From assembly GCA_039000165.1 (NCBI GenBank), contig JAWBTW010000012.1, positions 1 to 20,602 on the forward strand: a stretch of 20,602 bases of DNA. The letters are read 5' to 3'. Source of the DNA: Candidatus Aenigmatarchaeota archaeon. Lineage in GTDB: Archaea; Aenigmatarchaeota; Aenigmatarchaeia; CG10238-14; SCSR01. Shown here one piece after another: positions 1 through 8,726 of the stretch. The position numbers were made by a program, and so were the translations under genes. Numbering within the stretch: the first letter of the stretch is position 1; every line of letters begins with the position of its first letter. The notes beneath the pieces are model-generated. The model saw nothing but the letters and a program-made list of their open reading frames with translations. It was not told the origin of the DNA and ran no database searches.

Positions 1-2
1 CT

Positions 3-680
3 ATCTTGAGAATAGCAAAAGCATATAGAGAAACAGGAAAAATGCTTATAGATAAGGATGAAACCTTTGCCTTTTCTAAAAATCTAGAGTCAGCATGGGT
101 AACGAACCTTAAGCCTGAGGAAATTCTAAAAATTTTAGAAAATTGTGCAGAAAATTTTGATTTAGTTATTGGCTTAGATGTTGCAGCATCTCAACTTTGG
201 GATGGAGAAAAGTATTTCTATTCAAAACTAAACTTAAGACTAACAAGAACAGAGCAAATAGCTTTTATAGAAAAGTTAGCAAGAGAATTTCCCATTCTTT
301 ACATAGAAGATCCTTTTCATGAAGATGATTTCATAGGTTTCAGCACTTTAACCCATAGGTTAAGAGGAAGGATTGTTTGTGGTGATGATTTGTACGCAAG
401 CAATTTAAAAAGATTTAAGGAAGGAGTTTTACACAAAGCAACAAACGGAATTATAATTAAACCCAATCAAATAGGAACTATTAGCGATGTTATAAAACTT
501 TGCGAGGAAGCAAAAAAGGAAAAGCATGTAAGAGTAATTTCTCATCGTTCAGGCGAGACAGAAGATACTTTGATTTGCCATTTGGCTGTTGGTTTAGGTT
601 GCGAATACATAAAGCTTGGGATAAGCGGGGAAAGAACAGTAAAGATTAACGAATTGATAAGAATAGAAGAAAAAATATAA
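3..680 (+). CDS. eno: Enolase, C-terminal part (5' truncated by window edge)
   Basis: Motifs GLDVAAS, YIEDPF, VCGDDL, IIKPNQIGT, SHRSGETED and the terminal LIRIEE; frame is open to the left edge. Confidence 0.95.
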   Translation: MLRIAKAYRETGKMLIDKDETFAFSKNLESAWVTNLKPEEILKILENCAENFDLVIGLDVAASQLWDGEKYFYSKLNLRLTRTEQIAFIEKLAREFPILYIEDPFHEDDFIGFSTLTHRLRGRIVCGDDLYASNLKRFKEGVLHKATNGIIIKPNQIGTISDVIKLCEEAKKEKHVRVISHRSGETEDTLICHLAVGLGCEYIKLGISGERTVKINELIRIEEKI

Positions 681-752
681 GGCAAAATATCTTTTCATTT
701 ATATTAAATCTTTATATTTAACATTAAAGTATAATTTATTTTACCGATTCTT

Positions 753-1436
753 ATGAAGTACTCTTTCGAGAAAAGACAGAGAGAAAAGAAAATAGAAAGA
801 ATAGTTAAGGAATTGAAAAGAGTAAGATGGCAGTACAGAAACACAATCTTCTTTTTAATAAGCATTTCTATAGCATATCTAATCTTAAGAAACGAAAGTT
901 TCGTAGAAATGCTTTATAACCTAGGAAGAATCGGTTATCTTGGTTCTTTTTTCTCTGGCTTATTCTATACTTTTAGCTTGAGCGTAGCCATTTCAACAGT
1001 AATATTCTATAAAATGGGGAAGTATTTTAACCCTTTTTTAATAGCTTTTATAGGCGCTTTTGGAAGTGTTATAAGTGATTATTTTATTTTTAGGTTTGTT
1101 AGAGATAATTTAGTTGACGAGATAAAGCTTTTAGTTAACAACACAAGCAAAAAAGTTGTTAAAACTTTCAAAAATTCGATATTCTACAAAATTTTTCCTT
1201 TCTCAAATTTAGCTTTATCTGAAACTTTTGAAAGAACTTGGCTTAAAGTTTCTCGCTCAAGAAAATGGAAAATTTTAATAAGTTTTCTTGGTTGCTGCAT
1301 GATAGCTTCTCCTTTACCTGATGAGCTAGGAATAGCCCTTCTCGGCTCGATAAAACTTGAATCAAAGAAGTTCATAATCTTTTCTTACTTGTTAAACTTC
1401 ATCGGAATTTTTCTTATAGCTTCGCTACGGTTTTAA
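753..1436 (+). CDS. Integral membrane protein, possibly VTT/DedA (TVP38)-like
   Basis: 227 aa, several hydrophobic segments; GAFGSVISDYFIFRF and SPLPDELGIALLG resemble DedA/VTT re-entrant motifs. Confidence 0.6.
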   Translation: MKYSFEKRQREKKIERIVKELKRVRWQYRNTIFFLISISIAYLILRNESFVEMLYNLGRIGYLGSFFSGLFYTFSLSVAISTVIFYKMGKYFNPFLIAFIGAFGSVISDYFIFRFVRDNLVDEIKLLVNNTSKKVVKTFKNSIFYKIFPFSNLALSETFERTWLKVSRSRKWKILISFLGCCMIASPLPDELGIALLGSIKLESKKFIIFSYLLNFIGIFLIASLRF

Positions 1437-1459
1437 ACGTTAAAAAACAAATATAAAAT

Positions 1460-1801
1460 ATGAAGGAAAGAAAAATTGGAGAATGGGCTTTTATTCTTGG
1501 AGTTCTGATAGCTTTCTTTGCTGGAATAGTTATTGGCAAAGTTGAGGGAAATGTGGCAGTAGTTCTTATACTTTTAGGCTTGTTCGTCGGTTTAATTAAC
1601 TTGAAAAAGGATGAGAAAAAATTAACAACATTCTTAGTTGCAGCAATAGCCTTGCTTTTATCAGGAACCGCAGGTTTAGAAAACCTTCCTCTAATAGGCT
1701 CTTTTATCGGACCAATTCTAATTAACATCACAAGCTTTGTAACACCAGCTGCTGTGATAATTGCTTTAAAAGTAGTTTATAACTTGGCAAAGAAAGGCTA
1801 A
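1460..1801 (+). CDS. Hypothetical ~4-TM membrane protein
   Basis: 113 aa, ATG start, about four hydrophobic helices, co-oriented with its neighbours. Confidence 0.8.
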   Translation: MKERKIGEWAFILGVLIAFFAGIVIGKVEGNVAVVLILLGLFVGLINLKKDEKKLTTFLVAAIALLLSGTAGLENLPLIGSFIGPILINITSFVTPAAVIIALKVVYNLAKKG

Positions 1802-1827
1802 ATTTAAACAAATGAAAAAAATATTAT

Positions 1828-2787
1828 ATGGAAATCTTTACTGAAACTTTGACCTTTTTTTCTTCTGTAGCCTTGCTTGCTTTAGCTTCTCAATTGGTTA
1901 TAAAAAACGCTGCAAAGCTAGCAAGGATAACTGGTTTAGGTGAAGTGGTTATTGGCTTTATTCTCCTTTCTGTTTCAACAAGCATGCCAGAAATTAGCGT
2001 AGCTATATTTTCAGTTTTGACTAAAAACGTTGGTATAAGCATTGGCGATTTGTTTGGTGCAAATGTAATAAACATTTGCTTGATAATTGCTCTTGGTATA
2101 TTAGTTTCAAAGAAACCTGTAAAAATAAAAAAAGAAGAAATAACAAACCTTTCTCTTCTTCTTTTCTTCGCTTCTTTGATTCCTTTGATACTCATTTTTA
2201 TAGGCGAGGTTGGATTCTTAGTTGGAATTTTGCTATTAGCATTTTTCTTTGGTTTTTGTCTTTTCTCGATAAAGAGAAGAATTGGACTTAGAGAAAAAAA
2301 TGAAAAGAAAGATGATATAGCTAAACCTTTGATTTGGCTCTTGTTTGGCTTGTTTTTCCTTGTTTATAGTGCAATGTTTGTGGTTAATTCTGCTTCAGTT
2401 ATTTCTAAACTAACAGGAATTTCCCAGTCAGTAATAGGTGCAAGCATAGTCGCTTTAAGCACAACCCTTCCTGAACTTTCTGTTTGTTTGACCGCAATAA
2501 AAGAAGGGCATCCACATCTTACTTTAGGCGACACCATAGGTTCTTGTGTCACAAACATTACTTTAATTCTTGGTTTAGTTTTAATCCTAACAGAGTTTAG
2601 GGTTAGCGTCGCTGCCTTCTCGACAATAGCTTTATTCGCTTCTTTCTCTGCTCTTACTCTTTGGTATTTCATGAAAAATAGGTTATTAACCAGAAAAGAA
2701 GGTTTGTTTCTTCTTTTAATTTTCTTCGTTTATATGCTCTCTATTTATGGTGTTGTAACCTTAGAAAGAATGTTTTTCTTAGGCTAG
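1828..2787 (+). CDS. Cation:Ca2+ antiporter, CaCA family (YrbG/NCX_Mj-like)
   Basis: Two alpha-repeats STSMPE...GDLFGAN and STTLPE...GDTIGSC; about 10 TM helices. Confidence 0.9.
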   Translation: MEIFTETLTFFSSVALLALASQLVIKNAAKLARITGLGEVVIGFILLSVSTSMPEISVAIFSVLTKNVGISIGDLFGANVINICLIIALGILVSKKPVKIKKEEITNLSLLLFFASLIPLILIFIGEVGFLVGILLLAFFFGFCLFSIKRRIGLREKNEKKDDIAKPLIWLLFGLFFLVYSAMFVVNSASVISKLTGISQSVIGASIVALSTTLPELSVCLTAIKEGHPHLTLGDTIGSCVTNITLILGLVLILTEFRVSVAAFSTIALFASFSALTLWYFMKNRLLTRKEGLFLLLIFFVYMLSIYGVVTLERMFFLG

Positions 2788-2834
2788 ATTTATATAGTTT
2801 ATTAAGCCCAAAGAAATAGTTTATAGGTGAGAGC

Positions 2835-3878
2835 TTGATTTTAATAGATGGTTCGATAGGAGAAGCTGGCGGTCAAATTTTAAGAACAAGTATTGCTCTT
2901 TCTTCGCTTTTGCTTAAACCAATAAAAGTTTTTAACATAAGAAAAGGTAGAGCTAAACCAGGGTTAATGGCTCAGCATTTAGCTGGAGTAAAGTTTGCTG
3001 GTGAATTTTGTAATGCTGAGATAAAAGGGTTAAAAATTGGTTCAACTGAGCTCGAATTTATTCCAAAAAGCTTTAATATAGAAGATAAAAGAATAGAGAT
3101 AGGCACAGCAGGTCAAATTTCTTTAATCCTACAAACTCTAACTCCTTTACTGATTTTTGGAGGAAGAAAAGTAAAGCTTGAAATTGTTGGAGGAACAGCA
3201 GGCTTGGGAGCCCCAACTATTCACTACGTAAAAAATGTTCTTTTTCCTTTAATTTCAAGGCAAGGAATAAAAGCCCCTGAAATAGAAGTTTTAAAGGAAG
3301 GTTTTTATCCAAAAGGTGGGGGAATAGTAAAAGTTGGGTTTTGTCCTGCTAAGAAATTAAACTCGATTAGGTTACTTGAAAGAGGTAAAGTAAGACGTAT
3401 AAAGGGAATTTCAATAGCAGGCTCCTTATCGCAAGATGTTGCCGAGAGACAAGCGAACTCTGCTGCCAAGCTACTGAAAGAGTATGGTTTCGAAACAGAA
3501 ATTATTGCAAAAAGTGTAGAAACATTTTCTCCTGGAACTTCTATAACCTTATGGGCCGAATGTGAAAATTCTGTAATAGGGGCAGACAACATAGGAAAAA
3601 AAGGAGTGAAAGCTGAAACAATAGGCGAAGAATGTGCGAAAGAGCTTATAAATTCAATAGAATCAAAAGCTGCCTTAGACAAGTACATGGCCGACCAAAT
3701 ACTTATATTTTTGGCTTTAGCAGAATCCGAATCTTCAGTCACTGTGGAAAAAATAACCCAGCACTGCCTAACAAATATTAAAATAATAGAACAAATGTTA
3801 AGCGTGAAGTTTAAGATAGAGGAAAACTTCCCAGCAAGAATAAGTGTTAAAGGTATTGGTTTTGAGGCGAGAGAATGA
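2835..3878 (+). CDS. rtcA: RNA 3'-terminal phosphate cyclase
   Basis: IDGSIGEAGGQILRT, RAKPGLMAQH, GFYPKGGG, DKYMADQ and ITQHCLTN (adenylated His); TTG start after AGGTGA SD. Confidence 0.95.
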   Translation: MILIDGSIGEAGGQILRTSIALSSLLLKPIKVFNIRKGRAKPGLMAQHLAGVKFAGEFCNAEIKGLKIGSTELEFIPKSFNIEDKRIEIGTAGQISLILQTLTPLLIFGGRKVKLEIVGGTAGLGAPTIHYVKNVLFPLISRQGIKAPEIEVLKEGFYPKGGGIVKVGFCPAKKLNSIRLLERGKVRRIKGISIAGSLSQDVAERQANSAAKLLKEYGFETEIIAKSVETFSPGTSITLWAECENSVIGADNIGKKGVKAETIGEECAKELINSIESKAALDKYMADQILIFLALAESESSVTVEKITQHCLTNIKIIEQMLSVKFKIEENFPARISVKGIGFEARE

Positions 3879-5077
3879 AAGTATTGGTTTTAGGTTGTGG
3901 AGCGATAGGATCATCGATAATAAGGCTACTTTTGAAAGAGAAATTTATAGATGAAGTTTTTTGTATAAGTAAAGAGAAAAAAACCGCAAAAGACTTTCTT
4001 CTGAAAGATTTTAGAAGCGTAGAATTTAAAGTTGGCGACGCTCTTAACTTTAAAACGATAAAACCTTTTCTAGAAAAATCAGATTTTGTAATAAACGCTT
4101 TGCCAAGCTACATAGAAATAAAAGGAAAAGAAATCTTGATCAACCTAAAGATTCTTGAATTTTGTCTGAAAACCGGAACTAATTATTTGGACTTTGCTTG
4201 CTATGGAGATTACAGGAAAAAAATGGCTGAGCAGCTTGTTTTAAGCGAAGAATTTGAGAAAGAAAGAATCTTTGGTTTAATTAATGCAGGTGTTGCTCCT
4301 GGCTTATCAAACCTTATAGCAAAAGAAAGCAGCGAAGAGTTCGACTATTTGGACAGCATAAAAATAAGAACCCTAGAAGATCAAAGGGGTTTAGAGTTTG
4401 TGCTACCTTGGTCAAGAGAAGGTCTGTTTGACGTTGCTTCTAAGGTTTTAGTCTACAGGAATTACAAGTTCTTCCTTAAAGAACCTTTTACAGAAAGGGA
4501 GATTTACGATTATTCTTCTTTCGGTAAAATTCCTTGTTATCTTTTAGCTCATGATGAAATCTACACTATACCACATTTCATAAAAGTTAGGAACGTTGAT
4601 GTTAAAGGTGGAGGGAGCGATGTAGAAATTCTTCTTGCTTTGTATAAGCTCGGAATTTTTGAAGATGAAAAAATTAAAGTTGGGGAAGTTAGAATCTCGC
4701 CAAAAAAATTCATTTATTCTATTGTTAAAGGCACGCCAACTACCAAAGAATTCATAAAAATAATCAATGAGGGAATAATAGAAGATGCCTTCTTTGGTTT
4801 GTTTGTTGACTGTAAAGGATACTGGAAAAATAGCAGAATTGTGATGAAAACTTACCTTACATTTTCTCAGAAAATGATAAACAAAAAGCTTTTGGGGACA
4901 AATTACATTTCTTACCCTACAGCCTTATCTTCTGTTATATTTCTTAAGTCAATCTACAAGAAAAGGTTATATGGAGTTTTGCCTCCTGAAGCCCTTCCTA
5001 AAGCTGCAAGAAAAAAGTTCTTTAACGAATTAGAAAGAAAGGGAATAGTTCTAAACATCGAGTACAAAAAAGTTTAG
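3875..5077 (+). CDS. Saccharopine dehydrogenase-family NAD(P)-dependent oxidoreductase
   Basis: Rossmann VLVLGCGAIG, NYLDFA, GVAPGLSN, C-terminal GVLPPEAL; ATGA overlap with the rtcA stop. Confidence 0.85.
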   Translation: MKVLVLGCGAIGSSIIRLLLKEKFIDEVFCISKEKKTAKDFLLKDFRSVEFKVGDALNFKTIKPFLEKSDFVINALPSYIEIKGKEILINLKILEFCLKTGTNYLDFACYGDYRKKMAEQLVLSEEFEKERIFGLINAGVAPGLSNLIAKESSEEFDYLDSIKIRTLEDQRGLEFVLPWSREGLFDVASKVLVYRNYKFFLKEPFTEREIYDYSSFGKIPCYLLAHDEIYTIPHFIKVRNVDVKGGGSDVEILLALYKLGIFEDEKIKVGEVRISPKKFIYSIVKGTPTTKEFIKIINEGIIEDAFFGLFVDCKGYWKNSRIVMKTYLTFSQKMINKKLLGTNYISYPTALSSVIFLKSIYKKRLYGVLPPEALPKAARKKFFNELERKGIVLNIEYKKV

Positions 5078-5424
5078 TTATTTTCTTGTTAGATTTTCTA
5101 TTTCCAACCAAACTCTTTTCAGAAAAATTCCGGCAATTCCCCACAAAATCGGTAGCCATAAAGGAATTAAGCCTAGAATTTCTGGTAAGGAATATTTCCA
5201 CGCTCCAAAGAAAATCGCAAAAGCCTCAGCAGAAGCACCAAACACGCCCGAAAAAATAAAGAAATATATATCTTTCTTGTTTTTTTCAATTAAAATCATT
5301 AAAATGCTAACCAATATTAAGCAAACTAATAACAGAATGGGATTTTTCCAAAAAAATGCTGTCAAAAATATCGAAATCAACCTAGTAAAAAACTATAAAC
5401 AAATCTTTTCGAGAGCTTTTTCAT
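5078..5424 (-). CDS. Small membrane protein (DUF2878-like); N-terminus is out of frame by one base
   Basis: Body (5078-5380) has EAFAIFFGAWKYS...IPLWLPILWG; ATG at 5424 reads MKKLSKRFVYSFLLG* in the adjacent frame. Confidence 0.65.
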
Positions 5425-5578
5425 AATATTAATTTAAAAATTTTTATTTAAAAAAAGCGAAAAGTTTTTAAATTCTTGAAACAAAGAAATAATATCTTTC
5501 TACCTTAAGTTAATTTGCATAAAAATTTACTTAATTTAGTCAACTCTGGAGGTAAGTAAAAAATGTCGTGTGATAAGC

Positions 5579-6115
5579 ATGAGAAAAGAATTGATAGTGG
5601 TAATGCTAGCCAGCATACTCTCTTCAATAGGAATGGGAATATTTGCTCCTGTTTACTTGTTATTCTACCAAAAAATTGGGAGTTATGGAGAAATAACCGC
5701 AGCTTTTGGAATTTTCTGGATAGCCGTAGCTTTGTTAGAGGCTCCTTTTGGCTATCTTTCTGATAAGTTTGGTAAAAAGCTTTTTATAGTTTTGGGAGGA
5801 ATTCTAACTTCTCTCGTTTCTCTTTCTTATACACTCGTTAAAACTGCCAGCGAACTTTACCTTCTAGAATTTTTAAGCGGAACAGCAACCTCCATGCAAA
5901 CTCCTGCCATTCAATCTTTAATTTCCGAAATAACTCCAAAGAAGAAAAAAGGTAAAATTTTTGGCATATTCAACTCTTCTGTTAATTTAACGTATGGAAT
6001 AGCTTCTTTATTCTCAGGGATTTTTATAGGAATTTTTGGCCCGAACTCAGTTTTTATACTCTCTTCTTTCTTCCAGTTTGCCTCTGCTTTAATCGCTTCA
6101 AAGATTAGGAGCTAA
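5579..6115 (+). CDS. Half-size (about 6 TM) MFS-type transporter
   Basis: MFS motif A GYLSDKFGKK, PAIQSLISE and KGKIFGIFN; 178 aa from ATG 5579 (alternative GTG 5570). Confidence 0.85.
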   Translation: MRKELIVVMLASILSSIGMGIFAPVYLLFYQKIGSYGEITAAFGIFWIAVALLEAPFGYLSDKFGKKLFIVLGGILTSLVSLSYTLVKTASELYLLEFLSGTATSMQTPAIQSLISEITPKKKKGKIFGIFNSSVNLTYGIASLFSGIFIGIFGPNSVFILSSFFQFASALIASKIRS

Positions 6116-6225
6116 TCTTTCTTAGAAAATTTACAAATGAGTTCATGCTGAGCTAAACCTATGTAAATGGGTTTACCACAATACTTACAAATTCCTTCTG
6201 GTTCTGGCAAATCTTTTTCTGCCAT
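6112..6225 (-). CDS. 37-aa C2HC zinc-finger microprotein (not in ORF track)
   Basis: Hand translation MAEKDLPEPEGICKYCGKPIYIGLAQHELICKFSKKD*; CxxC-x10-H-x3-C; ATG 6 nt after the TIP49 stop; stop overlaps the MFS stop. Confidence 0.75.
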   Translation of the reverse strand: MAEKDLPEPEGICKYCGKPIYIGLAQHELICKFSKKD

Positions 6226-6231
6226 AGGTGT

Positions 6232-7596
6232 CTAAACCAGGAATTGCTCCTCAAATTCTTTCAAGTATTGAACTGATTTTTTAACATCAGAGAAGAGTTT
6301 TTCCACATAGGCCACATGTTCTTTCTCAATCTTTTCTGATTTTTTCTCCTTTGCTACTTCATAAGCAGGGGCTATTAGCTGAATGGCATACCTTAAGCTT
6401 GTTTTTGCTCCTATTTCTGTTAGGTACTCTAGAGCCTCTTCGCTAATTTTTATCTTTTCTGATTTTGCTCTTATCTCTATAATCTTTTTAATTTCATCCC
6501 TTTGATAAGGTTTTGTGTTTATTATCAATAGTCTATCAAGCAAGTCCAAAGGCATTCCGTGGGCAGCTTTTACATCAGTCCCTCTTATAGTTGAAAACCC
6601 TCTATTAGTTGCAAAAATTATAATTGGAGCAAGCTCTTGTTCCAGAGCACGGTTGAGAAAGGCGAAAGTTTCTATATCAAGCATGCTACACTCATCTATA
6701 AAAACAACCCCAGGCAATAATTCGCATTTTCCTTCCTGAACTAAGTTTTTAATGTATTCGTCAACTTCCTTTCTTACTTCTGGTTCAATTTCTTTTGATT
6801 CCCTTCCCCCAAAGAATAGACTGAAAATGTCACTGCCAGACCTTGAGCTTGCTACATCTAAAGCATGTAAGGTTACAGGATAGACGAATTCTTTTTCTTT
6901 CAAAACCTTTCCTTTGGGTATTGGTACAGTTCTTTCTGTAGTTAAATCAACTTTCCTTTCTTTTGCCGCTTCTTCGCTTATTCCCAGCTTAACTATTCTT
7001 CCTCCTTCAACATCAATCTGGATAATATCGCCTGTTTCCACACCTTGCTGAATTAGCTGAATCGCAAAACTTTGATCCATAGTAAGCTTTTTACTTTCAT
7101 CTTTTGTTGCGATTTTAATCGTTGCCCCAACTGGAATTTGCTGGTAAGGATTGTAAGGATGCTGAGCTTTTTCTATGCTTATTTCTTTCACTTCACCTTC
7201 ATAAATTTTCCTCATCTCATGAATTCTTGCTCCTATAGCTTTTCTTAAAGTTTGGGTTAGAAACTCTGTTTTTTTCATTTCTGTAGAGAAAATCTCGCTT
7301 GCAGCTAAAGGAACAAAGGGAACGTCATGCCCTAATTCTTTTGCTATAGCCATCGCAATAGCAGTTTTTCCTGTGCCCGGAGGACCAGCTAACAAAACTG
7401 CCCTTCCTGCAAACTTTCCTTCTTTTATTAGTCTAACAACTAAGCCTGCAGCCTCTCTAGCTTCTGTTTGACCAACCATCCCTTGAGCTATAGGCTTAGC
7501 TTTTAAACCTTCTAGACCTAAGCCTTGAATGTGAGAATGTGCTGCTATCCTTTCCCACTCGCGAAGAGACTCAGGAATTTCGGCTATTTCAGCCAA
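6232..7596 (-). CDS. TIP49/RuvB-like (RUVBL/Rvb) AAA+ ATPase
   Basis: AAHSHIQGLGL, GMVGQ, Walker A GPPGTGKT, DII insertion, Walker B FIDECSML, ATNRG, DLLDRL, SLRYA; TTG start with GAGGTGAGG SD. Confidence 0.95.
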   Translation of the reverse strand: MAEIAEIPESLREWERIAAHSHIQGLGLEGLKAKPIAQGMVGQTEAREAAGLVVRLIKEGKFAGRAVLLAGPPGTGKTAIAMAIAKELGHDVPFVPLAASEIFSTEMKKTEFLTQTLRKAIGARIHEMRKIYEGEVKEISIEKAQHPYNPYQQIPVGATIKIATKDESKKLTMDQSFAIQLIQQGVETGDIIQIDVEGGRIVKLGISEEAAKERKVDLTTERTVPIPKGKVLKEKEFVYPVTLHALDVASSRSGSDIFSLFFGGRESKEIEPEVRKEVDEYIKNLVQEGKCELLPGVVFIDECSMLDIETFAFLNRALEQELAPIIIFATNRGFSTIRGTDVKAAHGMPLDLLDRLLIINTKPYQRDEIKKIIEIRAKSEKIKISEEALEYLTEIGAKTSLRYAIQLIAPAYEVAKEKKSEKIEKEHVAYVEKLFSDVKKSVQYLKEFEEQFLV

Positions 7597-7602
7597 AATT
7601 CC

Positions 7603-8232
7603 TCACCTCTCAACTTCTATATTAAGAATTCCGTTCTTAAATTCTTTTTTGGTAATGGAAGCGTCAGATGGTATAGGAATCAACTTAAAGTAAGCCTTAT
7701 CTCCTGCAAAAGCTTTAACCTCGATGCTTTGCTCAAGCTTTTTAACTTCAATATCTTCTTCTTTCACATCAGGAAGCTTTATTTTTATTATTTGTTTGTT
7801 CCCTATTTTCTCTATTTTTGCTTCAGGCTCCTCTGTAACTTTTGGTACTCTAATTTTTTTCTTTTCAGGCTCTTCTCGAATTTCTTCTACTTCTTCTACA
7901 GCTGGTTTGATTCCGAGTCTTCTTTTAATCTCAGGCTCTATTTTTTTGTAATCTCCACTTGTTTTTACTTCAATTTTTGGTTCCCTTCCGCTTACTGAAT
8001 GGATTGTGATGCTTATTCCTCCTCCTTTAATTCCTGGTCTAAACTTGATTCTTGGTAACTCAAACCCAAACATTTTGTCTATTCTTTCAAACTCTTTATC
8101 TATATCCTCGAATATATCAAAAATTCTGACTTCCCTTCCTTTTTCTTTAAGCCTTTCTCCACAGATTGGACAAAACTCCCATTCGTCCTTAACTTTTTCC
8201 CCGCAGCTTGGACATTTTTTTCTTTCAAACAT
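7603..8232 (-). CDS. Zinc-ribbon-fused archaeal Hsp20 (alpha-crystallin domain) protein
   Basis: N-terminal CPSC-x10-CPIC; middle GGGISITI...EPKIEV; C-terminal IKLPDVKEEDIEV...FKNGILNIEV. Confidence 0.85.
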   Translation of the reverse strand: MFERKKCPSCGEKVKDEWEFCPICGERLKEKGREVRIFDIFEDIDKEFERIDKMFGFELPRIKFRPGIKGGGISITIHSVSGREPKIEVKTSGDYKKIEPEIKRRLGIKPAVEEVEEIREEPEKKKIRVPKVTEEPEAKIEKIGNKQIIKIKLPDVKEEDIEVKKLEQSIEVKAFAGDKAYFKLIPIPSDASITKKEFKNGILNIEVER

Positions 8233-8274
8233 TTTTTGACCTACTTAAAATTTTTCTGAATAATTTAAATTGTT

Positions 8275-8697
8275 TTACTCTACTTTTATTTCTTTTCCTT
8301 TTTTCTTTTCCTTCTTTGGCAATCTTATAGTTAAAACTCCTTTGTCCATCTCTGCCTTTGCTTTTTCGTAATCAACAGGAACTGGTAAGGTAATTACTCT
8401 TCTCAAAGCTCCGAACTTTCTTTCAGCTCTGTAGATTTTTTCTGTTTTTTCAATTTTTTTCTCTTTATGCTGGGCAGAAATTTCTAGAGTATTTTCTGTA
8501 GCTCTTACTGTTACATCGCTCTTGTCAAAACCTGGTAAGTCTGCTCTTACTATTATTTCCTCTTCAGTTTCTGAAATGTCTACAGGAAATGTTTCTGCAA
8601 AAAACTCTTCACTTGGAAGCCTTTCTAGTAATTGTCTCATTCTCCTTCTCATTCTTTCCAGTTCTTCAAAAGGATCCCAATAATCCCAAAAGACCAT
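8275..8697 (-). CDS. hsp20: Small heat-shock protein Hsp20
   Basis: [42 protein letters not shown], terminal IKVE (IxV); ATG 8697 follows a GAGGTGA SD at 8703-8709. Confidence 0.95.
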   Translation of the reverse strand: MVFWDYWDPFEELERMRRRMRQLLERLPSEEFFAETFPVDISETEEEIIVRADLPGFDKSDVTVRATENTLEISAQHKEKKIEKTEKIYRAERKFGALRRVITLPVPVDYEKAKAEMDKGVLTIRLPKKEKKKGKEIKVE

Positions 8698-8726
8698 TTT
8701 TTTCACCTCAGTTAGTGTTTAAATAA

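Noticed and set aside
1184..3742. Antisense or off-frame ORFs at 1184, 1414, 1890, 2076, 2364 and 3305
   Set aside because: They overlap well-supported genes and have no motifs
5425..5562. AT-rich spacer as a possible ncRNA, tRNA or origin
   Set aside because: No GC-rich stem, cloverleaf or ORB-like repeat; explained by divergent promoters
5563..5763. 66-aa ORF MSCDKHEK... with a GGAGGT SD-like sequence upstream
   Set aside because: Overlaps the MFS gene out of frame and has atypical composition; treated as a shadow ORF, although the SD-like site is unexplained
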